Position numbers and translations under genes: made by a program. The notes under the pieces were generated by a model. The model saw only the letters and a list, made by a program, of their open reading frames with translations. It had not been told where the DNA came from and made no database searches. This document shows, piece by piece, positions 53,282 through 64,000 of a DNA stretch of 64,000 nucleotides (its first letter is position 1; the number at the start of each line of letters is the position of its first letter). The stretch comes from Octopus sinensis (Eukaryota), in the NCBI RefSeq assembly GCF_006345805.1, contig NC_043005.1, positions 25,978,001-26,042,000 on the forward strand, in the 5' to 3' direction.

Positions 53282-54050
53282 CACAAGCGCACGCCAACAA
53301 ATGGGGCAAGCGAAGAGTCAGTCGTGTATGTCTGTGTACATTTGTGCACGCATTGGTGTGTGTCTTCGGATATTTGCTCCTTTCGTTTTGTTGCATTCAT
53401 ATTTTCTTTTCGTTTTTATTCGTTAAAGAGACACGTTGCAGTGCAACCAATGTTCCAATGAGGAATTCCATTGAGCAAGAATATCTACAGAACCAAAAAA
53501 AAAAAAATAACATAAAATAACGTAAAATTAAAAACAAATACACAAAATACAGAATTAAAAAGTAAAAAAAAAATGTCGACAAAAGCACTTCATGGAACAT
53601 TGAGGGGTGGATATGGGAAGTCACTGGACCGGAACAAATATTGATTCATGCCTGAATAATAAATAAAAGAAGGAAAGAAAATTGCGGTAATTTTATTTAT
53701 GTTGTGGCCACGTGGTGCGGTGCAGTGCAGGCGATGATTAAAGAGGGTTGTATGATTTGTCTCTATGGAAGACGGACAAATATGTTTTTTCTTTCTCCAT
53801 ATATGTATGGATAACAAGTTGTATGTGTTATTTGCAGAGACCAAAGAGAGTGCGTATGACAAATTGGTAGGTATGGAGGCATTTAAGGAAATGAATAGAA
53901 TTTCTAATTGCTAAACATGATGGTGATATATATAACGATTTAAATATATTTTTAACCATATATCACAAGCCTTCTGTAGTTTTTTTTACCCTATTTTGTC
54001 TTTTATACATCTACCACGTGCTTTCACATACCAACTCTTTCACCTATATA

Positions 54051-55140
<1,090 letters not shown>

Positions 55141-55189
55141 ATATATATATATACATATATATATATATATGTATATATATATACATTAT

Positions 55190-55221
<32 letters not shown>

Positions 55222-55309
55222 ATTATATATATTATATTATAATATATATAGATATATATACATACATATATATATATTAATATATATATTATTTATATTC
55301 TTTTATTTG

Positions 55310-55685
55310 TTTCAGTCATCTTGCCTACGGCATTGCCTTTAGTCGAACAAATCGACTCCAGGACTTATTCTTTGTAAGCCTAGTACCTATTCTATCGTTC
55401 GCTTATGCCGAACCGCTAAGTTACGGGAACGTAAACACACCAGCATCGGTTGTCATCAAGTGATTGTGGTGGGGGACAAAGACACAGAAACATATAAACA
55501 TATATATATGTATGTGTGTGTGTATACGGCAGGATTCTTTCAGTTTCCGCCTATCAAATCCACTCAGAGGCTTTGGTCGGCCCGAGGCTATAGTAGAAGA
55601 CACTTGCCCAAGGTGGTACGCAGTGGGACTGAACCCAGCACCATGTGGTTTGTAAGCAAGCTACTTACCACACAGCCACTCCTCA
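55310..55685 (-). mobile_element. Family-B SINE, full length
   Basis: Reverse complement of the family-B consensus. Confidence 0.87.
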
Positions 55686-55696
55686 TAAAAAATTAG

Positions 55697-55778
55697 CGTC
55701 TTCGATAGGATTCGAACCTATGCGGAGAGACCCCAATGGATTTCTAGTCCATCGACTTAACCACTCGGCCTTGAGGTC
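55697..55778 (-). tRNA. tRNA-Ser(AGA), probably a pseudogene
   Basis: 82 nt. Anticodon arm ATGGA-CTAGAAA-TCCAT, long variable arm, T arm ATAGG-TTCGAAT-CCTAT, T6 terminator 4 nt downstream. Three acceptor-stem mismatches, U8A and a D-stem mismatch. Confidence 0.85.
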
Positions 55779-55996
55779 TTTCGTTCACCTATGATCTAAA
55801 CGAATAGGGATGCACAACAAGTGCTACAATTGTTCGACCGTTAGATTCCAAGATCACAGCTAAGGCTGGATCTAGGGATCCGTATGAGAGCTTCGTTATT
55901 GCAGGTATATATTATATTAGAGGAAAAGTCAAAACTAAGACAGAACGAGTATCGAAGTCATTTAAAATAATTTAATTAGGGTAAGATGAATTTAAA

Positions 55997-56072
55997 GTCT
56001 AACAGCCGTTTCTGGGATAACCCAAGCGGTAGGTTAGCGTGTCCGTGTACCGTGTATTCCATCATCAGAGAC
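55997..56072 (-). ncRNA. Hammerhead ribozyme with an extra hairpin in loop II
   Basis: GUCU-CUGAUGA-UGGAAUA...UAUCCCA-GAAA-CGGCUG-UU^AGAC; intact core. Confidence 0.75.
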
Positions 56073-56319
56073 AAGTTATGAATATTTTAGACAGAGAAAA
56101 TTCAGTTTACAAGGAATAAAATAGAATAAAGGAGTAAATAAAAGAATACAGAGTAAAGGTGGTTAGAAGAATATAGGCAGGAGAATAATGTTCACAACTC
56201 ATCTTATTCTAGAGCATATGGATGTTGGTCGGTACTTCCATTGAGGTACAGGCCCTTACTTAAAATCCTAGGTAAATCCAGGCGGTATTTTGGGAGTATT
56301 GTGAATGATGTATTAATAT

Positions 56320-56715
56320 TCTTTTCTACTATAGGCACAAAACTCGAATTTTTTAGAAAGGGGGGGCAGTCGTTTAGATTGACCCCAGTACGCAACTGGT
56401 ATTTAGTTTGTCGACCCCAAAAGGATGAAAACCAAAGTCGACCTCAGCGGAATTTGAACTCAGAAAGTAACGGCGTATGAATTCGCCGCCTTTCACATAT
56501 TCTTTTCTACAGTAGGTATAAGGCCTGAAATTTGGGGGGACGGGGCCAGTCGATTAGAACGACCCCAGTCCGTAACTAGGTACTTAACTTATCGACCTCG
56601 AAAGGCTGAAAGGCAAAGTCGACCTCGGTAAAATTTGAACTCAGAATATAAAGACAGACGAAATGCCGCTAAGTATTTTGCCCGGCGTGCTATCGATTCT
56701 GCCAGCTCGCCGCCT
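56320..56715 (-). mobile_element. Two tandem family-A SINEs
   Basis: Two aaagtcgacctc.g cores on the minus strand. Confidence 0.82.
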
Positions 56716-56800
56716 TTTGATGTATTCATATAGTAATGTGTATATAGAGTGAGAAAGTCCGATAGACATAAATGGGTTTTGTGAGTGGGTGAATGTGAAG

Positions 56801-56850
<50 letters not shown>

Positions 56851-56853
<3 letters not shown>

Positions 56854-57005
56854 CCTTGGCCAAATCTATTAGGCCACCCCAATGTTTTGGGGTTCCGCTA
56901 TATCAATGTTAATGAAACTCGTGCACATGGCAGATTATGGTATATGTCATAATATACATTAGGTTTAATATCTGGTTGACCCTCCTTTAGCATCAATTAC
57001 AGCTT
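56851..57005 (+). mobile_element. Tc1-like left end
   Basis: TA|cagccttggccaaatctattag and taatatctggttgaccctcctttagcatcaattacagc resemble Tc1 termini; sits in (TA)n. Confidence 0.6.
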
Positions 57006-57009
57006 TTGT

Positions 57010-57480
57010 GTTGGCGATAGTAGTAGTGGTGATGGTGATGGTGATGTTGTAGTGATGATGGTGATAGTGGTAGTGGTTGCAGTGATTGTGATGGTGGTTG
57101 TTTTTGTAGTGCTAGTGGTAGTAGTGGTGATTGTTGTCTTAGTTGTATTTATAGTGGTGTGGTGGTGGTTGTAGTGATGGTAGTGGTGGTGGTGGTGGTG
57201 GTGGTGAGGGTGAGGGTGGTGGTTGTAGTGATGGTGGTGGTGGTGGTGGTGGTGGTGGTGGTGAGGGTGAGGGTGGTGGTGGATGATGATGCGATGGTGG
57301 TGGTTGTAGTGATGGTGGTGGTGGTGGTTGTAGTGGTGGTGGTGGTTGTGGTGGTGGTGGTGGTGGTGAGGGTGATGGTTGTGGTAGTTGTAGTGATGAT
57401 GATGTGATGGTGGTGGTGGTTGTAGTGATGGTGGTGTGGTGGTGGTGGTGGTGTTGATGGTGGTGGTGGTTTTGGTCGTC
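57010..57480. repeat. (GTG/GTA/GAT)n triplet array
   Basis: Direct inspection. Confidence 0.95.
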
Positions 57481-58410
57481 GTCGCCGTTACGTTGAGTCT
57501 GGTAATGATACTATTAATAACAGTAGTAGCGTCGGGCGTCGGGCATCGTGAGTAGCAGTGGTGGTGATAGTGGTGGCAGTTGTGGTGGTGGTGGTGCTGC
57601 TGCTGCTGCTTGGGTGGTGGCAGCGGTGGTAGTGGAAGTGGTGTTGTTAATATGCTTGCCGTAATGGCGACGTTTAGTCTCGTATATCTCGTTCACTCTA
57701 CAGTTTCAAATTAATTTAACTTCTATGATGTGACAAACTATACAGAGTGAGTTTGTCTAACAACAAGGTGTTCTTTATTAATCATTCCATCAGATTGTTA
57801 CCTTAAATAATTTACATCCTAATTAAACGGTTTGTTGAATTTCCTTCATTCATTATGATTGCTTGTTTCCCAGTATATTTCTCTTTTTAATGATTTGCAA
57901 TCACGTTTTCGTCTTTATTTGCACACACACACACACACCACACACACACACACACACACGAACACACACACATACACACACGAACACACACTCACATGCG
58001 CGCGAATACACACACACACGCGCGCATGCATACATAGATATTCATACATTTCGATTTGAACATCTCTTCGAAAATCAGGGAGAAACGATATCCACGAATA
58101 ACTTCTTCATAACTCCCAGATTATGAATTCACGTTTACACCAATAGTAATTGGTGCCCATCATTTCGTGAGTAAACGTCTACTCTACGTGACAATCTGCT
58201 TAAGCTAGGGTTTTCAGAAAAAGAAATCAACCAACTGATTCGCACGTAAAATGTAAGTGGAAGAATAAAGATATGTAAGGCATTTTGCAATGTGGCATTA
58301 TTTTCGTTATCTACATTTCAACGATGGAGTTTTGTAACTTTGTTAGAAATTATCTCCTTCTTCAGAGGAAGAATTTAAATAATTAAAAACAGAAAAAAAA
58401 AACATACATA

Positions 58411-58673
58411 CGGCCTGATCAATAAGTATGCGGACTGTTGCCATAGTTACGAAACTAAAGCACACAGAATGAAGCCGCTAGGAAAAGATTGGCCTTGAAC
58501 TCTGCTGTGCATGTGCACTAACTTTTAACGTTCTAACTCACTTCCTCTGCTTACAGCAGTGCTTTGAAGGAAGGTGTGTAGCGTGTGATTGTCGCATTGA
58601 CGAAGCGGCTTCACTCTGCATGCTTTAGCTTCGTTACTATGAAAACAGTTTGGATACTTATTGATCAGCCTCG
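58411..58673. mobile_element. Mariner-derived MITE with ~65-bp TIRs
   Basis: cggcctgatcaataagtat..gaagccgc versus gcggcttca..atacttattgatcagcctcg. Confidence 0.9.
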
Positions 58674-58683
58674 CACATACATG

Positions 58684-58736
58684 CGGCCTGATCAATAAAT
58701 ATCCAGACTGTTGCCATAGTTATTGATCAGACCTCA
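58684..58736. mobile_element. 53-bp minimal mariner derivative
   Basis: ctgatcaataa...ttattgatcag with the same TIR. Confidence 0.75.
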
Positions 58737-58800
58737 TACGTACACACATACATACATACATACATACATACATACATACATACATACATACATACATACA

Positions 58801-58831
<31 letters not shown>

Positions 58832-59168
58832 GCACTCGTGTGATTATGTCTTCGAAAGTCAGAGAAAGCGGATAAGTATAGACAATGCTTAGAATCCTCC
58901 AGCTTTTATACCCAGATTATTTAACTGACGTTTATACCAATAACCATTCGTATATATGGAAATTTATTGTATACGTTTTATAAAATACATAAATATATTT
59001 GAGAAGCTGGAATAATTCAGACTCTATTCCATGAAGTCATAACGCGAAAAATAACCTCTAATATATGTCTGGAAATTCCTGGAAGGGTTTGAAAGGCTTT
59101 GGAGACTCTTGTAGCTTTCAGGGACCATAATACTTTAGATTTCAAATTTCCACAGTTCTTTAACATTC

Positions 59169-59595
59169 GGATATTTTTGGTTTGAACGGTAGTTTTTTCT
59201 AGCGGTGTCATATGAAATTGTCACCCATAATTATGACCCTAGAATCGATCTATTGCATTTCAATCTCTTTTAGTGTTAGGGTTAGTTAGGGTTAGGAGTG
59301 GAGGAAGGGTATCTTTTTTTCTTCACAAATGTTAATAAACCCAATCTGTTTCTTAAACGAGGGACATATTCATACGGCACAGAATGCTTTTTAACTCAAT
59401 AGATGTCACTGATTAGTTGAAATTGCAGAAATTGAAGAAAAAAAAACAACAAATATCTTACAAACTATAGAATTTTCTCAATAAAGCCAAGAGAAAAAGA
59501 TGTTTTATAAACACATTCTTCTTGTATACGAAGTTTAACATTTTTTAGCTACCTAGAAATTATGTTAAAAACTGCCGTTCAAACCGAAAAGATCC
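59169..59595. mobile_element. MITE-like element with imperfect TIRs and internal TTAGGG-like run
   Basis: ggatatttttggtttgaacggtagtttt versus aaaactgccgttcaaaccgaaaagatcc; ttagggttagttagggttagg near 59276. Confidence 0.65.
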
Positions 59596-59850
59596 TAACA
59601 TTCTGACAAATGCCTGAGAGATCATATGTGGTGTGGATGTGAATAGTTTCAAGAAACAAATCGCTAATCCAACAATCTGAGATTTCAGATAAGCCTACCT
59701 CACAGTAAGAAAAGCAACGGAAAGCCAGAAAATCGAACTCCCTCATTCGCAAAAAAAAGCACAAAAAAAACAATGAAAGAAGTAGGGTTAGTGACAGAGC
59801 GGCGACAATAGAAGTTCCCCAGGGTGGCTAAAACTTGCAAGCTGAAACAA
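59596..59850 (+). mobile_element. Old CR1 3' fragment
   Basis: NILTKCLRD..GVDVNSFKKQ...SEISDKPT...AESNSLIRK-like C-terminus across frameshifts. Confidence 0.55.
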
Positions 59851-59967
59851 GAAGCTGAGTAAAAAGGCAAAAGACCAAAAGTATGAAAGAGTACACACGC
59901 GAGCGCGCGCATGTGCATATACACTCACACATATGCACACACAGACACACACATGCACGCACAGATG

Positions 59968-59998
<31 letters not shown>

Positions 59999-60538
59999 TC
60001 AAACAGGCATTTATACATATATGTATATATACACAGAGAGAAAGAAGACAGGGAGATAGATAAATAGAAAGAGAGAGAGAAAGAGAGAGAAAGATAGCTA
60101 TAAATATATGTGTGTGTGTGACTGAGTGTGTATATATAAATATATATATATATATACATAACAATAGTCTATATATGTGTGTGTGTGAATGTGAGAAGGT
60201 AGGTAGGTAGGTAGGTAGGTAGGTAGGAAGGCATGCAGGTAAGTAGGTAGGTAAGAAGGTAGGTAGGTATGTGCATCAAACTGGTGCAGCGCCATCATTA
60301 GGGAGTATAAGAGAGGAATAAGTAGTTTATGTCTTGTTTGCGCAAATTAGCGAAAACTGGCGAAAGAAACTAGGACATTGACAATTATCAAAAGGCCATT
60401 TACGGTCATTTGGGCGGGTTAACAACTTTTCAGCCGGCATTACATTGGAAATAAAACTATATGTGAATCTACGTAAATGGGCATTAGAAAAATGTTATGA
60501 GGAATACTGCATTACACAGAGACACACATACACACACA

Positions 60539-60594
<56 letters not shown>

Positions 60595-60689
60595 ACGCAC
60601 ACACACACAAATATATATATACAAATGTTTATTGAGATACATTTATGGGTATCTAAGTGTGTAAGAATATGCGTGTGTATATATGTATG

Positions 60690-60720
<31 letters not shown>

Positions 60721-60725
<5 letters not shown>

Positions 60726-61618
60726 TTAGATAAAACTTAGATATGTTTCGACCAAAGATTGGTCCAGGCCATGTCTAACTTAATAGCACCACCTGATAGG
60801 ATTATCGGATCCTGTTTAAGTCAAATTTTGTTTATGGTCCATTCAAGTAGTGAGTTTTTGTTGGGTGAGTTGTATCCAATTATGGGTGGCTTATCTGGTA
60901 TTCCTTGAAGGAATTTATCCAGACTCCGTTTAAAGTTGATGGGATTCTTTTCCTCTTTCATCTCTTTCGGGACAATGTTAAATAGGGCAGGGCCTGTTGA
61001 GGAAAAGAGATCATGTTGCAGTGTACATGTATGCTGTGATCTTGAATTGGGCAGGGGACGTATGGCCCGTGGTCCCAGTCTTGGATGAACCTTGAAGCTA
61101 ATGTTCATGTTGTTTGGGCAAAGTTGGCGGCATATTCTCCACATCGTGCAAATGATGTACCGCTCACGGCGACGCTGGAGGGAGTAGAGTTTCAAGGCTT
61201 TAAGGCGATCCCAGTAATCGAGAGCAGCCATGCCTTCAATTCGGTTAGTGAGTGCCCTCTGGGGTGATTCAATCCTCAAGATGTTTTGTCTTGTATGGGG
61301 AGACCACAGTGGGCAGCAGTAATCGAGGTGTGGCCGTACAAAGGAGGAGAAAAGTGGTATGATGACACCTTGTTCTCTGGACCGGAAAGTTCTTAAGATC
61401 CAGAAACTCATCCTACGAGCTATATAGACCTTATTGTTGATGTGTGCACTCCAACTGAGATCGTCATCAACAATTACACCCAGGTCTCTGATATTGTTAG
61501 AGGCTGTGAGCGGTTCCCCTGAAGGAAGAGAGTATGGTTGTTTTAGTGAGGAATTTCTTCCAAAATGCATCAGCTCAAATTTTCCCTCGTTCAGTTGCAT
61601 TTTGTTTCTGTCTGCTCA
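60721..61618 (-). mobile_element. 5'-truncated CR1 LINE with intact C-terminal ORF (60821-61600)
   Basis: 259-aa ORF ending KRSLDKFLQGIPDKP...; 3' tail (ATCTAAGTTTT)x2. Confidence 0.93.
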
Positions 61619-61664
61619 CTGTAAATATAATATGTGACAATTATTCGGTAGCCTATTTCTTTGC

Positions 61665-62150
61665 TGCCCACAAGAGGCTAAACACAGAGGGGATAAACAA
61701 GGTCAGACAAACGGATTAAGTCGATTACATCGACCCAAGTGCGTAACTGATACTTAATTTATCGACCCCGAAAGGATGAAAGGCAAAGTCGGCCTCGGCG
61801 GAATTTGAAATCAGAACGTAACGGCAGACGAAATACGGCGAAGCATTTCGCCCGGCGTGCTAACGTTTCTGCCAGCTCTCCACTTTAGAAGAAGTTATAT
61901 TGATGGAAAAAGCTAAATAACATTGTAAATGCTACTACTAATAATAATGGTTTCAAATTTTGGTGCAAGAGCTAAGTTTGTGGGAGAAGGCAACCTGATT
62001 ACATCGTCACCAGTGTTCAACTGGTAATTATTTTATCGACCCCGAAAGAATAAAAGGCAAAATCAACCTAGGCGGATTTTGAACTCAGAACAGACAAAAT
62101 ACCGTTAAGTAGTTCTCGTCGTGCTAATGTTTCTGCCAGCTCGCCGCCTT
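61665..62150 (-). mobile_element. Two family-A SINEs
   Basis: Cores near 61790 and 62060. Confidence 0.8.
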
Positions 62151-62504
62151 ACCTTATTAAAGGACGTTGTATAGCTGGACTGCTGTGGAAATTCTTAGAG
62201 CATTGGCGAAAAGTATTTCTTTATGAGAAGTAAATCAGTAAACAGGTAGGGAGAGTTGAGTCTATAAACACACGAGCACCATCCAGGAAGAAGGTTCTAG
62301 TACAGCGTGTAACATAGACATCAGAGAATGGTTAAAGATTTCCGGTGGGAAGATAGACGTGATAATAATCGCTGTTCCCAACGCACCGATTATTATAGGC
62401 ATGACCTTCTCCTTCTCCTCCTTCTTCTTCTTCTTCTTCTTCTTCTTCTGCTACTGCTGCTGCTGCTGCTGCTTCTCCTTCTCCTTCTTCTTCTCATTCT
62501 TCTT

Positions 62505-62604
62505 NNNNNNNNNNNNNNNNNNNNNNNNNNNNNNNNNNNNNNNNNNNNNNNNNNNNNNNNNNNNNNNNNNNNNNNNNNNNNNNNNNNNNNNNNNNNNNNN
62601 NNNN
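62505..62604. other. Assembly gap (100 N)
   Basis: Run of N. Confidence 1.
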
Positions 62605-62925
62605 TCAATTCCCGCCGAGGTCAGCCTTTCGAGATCGATAAAACAAGGGTACCAATAAAGTAATCGATTTCTCCCCACACACACACACACTTCAAAAGCT
62701 GCTGGCCCTCTACCAAAGGCGGTTAGTTAGCCGAACTGTTAGCAGTCCGGACAAAATGTTTAGCGGCAATTCTTCCGGCATTACCTTCGGCGTTTAAATT
62801 CTACCGAGATCGACTTTGTCTTTCCTACTTTTGGGGTAAATAAAATAAAGGACCAGTACGAGGGGGGGGGATCAATGTAATCGATTATCCCCCTCCCTCC
62901 CCAATATTTGTGCCGAAATTTGAAA
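62605..62925 (+). mobile_element. Family-A SINE fragments
   Basis: aattcccgccgaggtc and ccgagatcgactttg cores. Confidence 0.72.
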
Positions 62926-64000
62926 TCATTATTATTATCAGTAGTAGTAGTGGTGGTGGTGGTGGTGGTGGTGGTGGTGGTAGTGGTGGTGTTTGTAGTA
63001 ATAGTAGTGGTGGTAGCAGTAGCAGCAGTAGCGGTAGTGTTGATGGTGGTGGTGGTGGTGATAGTAGTAGTAGTGGTGTTAGTGGTGATGGTGGTGGTGG
63101 TGGTGGTAGTAGTAGTAGTATCTTAAATTCGCTCCTTTCTACCCTCCCTTTCTCTTTTTCTCTCTCTCTAGAAGAAATCTTTTGCGGTTACATTCGAACA
63201 GAAATGGTCTCCACTGTGTTTTGAACGCCCAGGTCAGGCCGTGTGACATCGATGTAGTCGTTAGGAAGAGGTTTCTGCAAATCACAAGGCCATCTTCTGG
63301 GCATCGTGAAGTAGGAGATGTCATACAGATGGCCGCCGGTACGACAACCAAATGTGATCATTCGACTAATTCACTTTTTCACAAACGTGCTTCGGCTGGC
63401 CGGAGTTTAGACACACTGTTTCTTTCTCTGTCTCGAGTTTGAGCTCATTGTCTCCTTTCTATGGCTCTTCGGCTTCTACTATAATGGTTCTTGAACATCT
63501 GAACAAGCAAGCTAAAAGCACAATGTACACGTGGCTCTCCATACTCCATCAACCCTACTCACCTCACAACACTCGCTCAGAACCTAACAAACAATATTCA
63601 GGGACATTTCCTTCATCCCCAGCATAACATCCTTCAATTATAAACTCTGCAGCACTGTACCAATTCCGACATCAACAAGCTAATTTAATAAAAGCACCAT
63701 TCTAACAGAGTCAATTCTCTGTTAAACTCTCTCTATTTTTTTTTTCTTTTACACGTGAATTACTCGAAAATAGCAACGGGGATTCATATAATGGGAAAAC
63801 TGACCGTGCATTGTGTTAATACTAAAGGGAGTTAGCTTAATGGATCTGCAAACCATTGAGGTCCTCGTTCCAATAAGAATCACATTGACAACAGTTAATT
63901 GTCTCCCCTTTATATAATAAAGCTATTTGCTATCCGTAACATCTCTTTACAAGTTTCAAATTTGATTAAGCACCTCTGCTTATATGCACAGCAATATATA

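Noticed and set aside
59270-59300. Interstitial telomere (TTAGGG)
   Set aside because: Only about three imperfect units, internal to a TIR element.
63263-63305. Minus-strand CAGAAGA-UGGC..UGCA-GAAAC motif
   Set aside because: Possibly a PLE LTR relic, but the core, stem II and stem III are all broken.

Overview
AT-rich, microsatellite-laden eukaryotic DNA with one 100-N gap (62505-62604). The SINE repertoire and repeat style point to a cephalopod, probably Octopus (inferred from recognised repeat families, no search run). No intact host gene is recognisable, and most listed ORFs are microsatellite translations. The window is a transposon mosaic: a frameshifted Penelope-like element (RT + GIY-YIG), two young CR1 copies, RTE 3' ends, a nest of restriction-like-endonuclease (R4/Dong/NeSL-type) LINE fragments all sitting in (TAA)n, mariner/Tc1 fragments and MITEs, a hAT fossil, a non-autonomous Helitron, three tRNA-derived SINE families and a damaged tRNA-Ser(AGA). 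The main hidden signal is about 14 minimal type-I hammerhead ribozyme motifs from several unrelated repeat families. Five loci have an intact CUGANGA/GAAA/UH core, and each has a self-complementary stem III that implies cleavage as dimers. They include long loop-II insertions, a core variant shared by both copies of one family (A6U), a perfect 70-bp palindrome carrying a ribozyme on both strands, and a tRNA-headed SINE carrying a ribozyme. All folds were done by eye and no activity is demonstrated. Boundaries of degenerate repeats are approximate.
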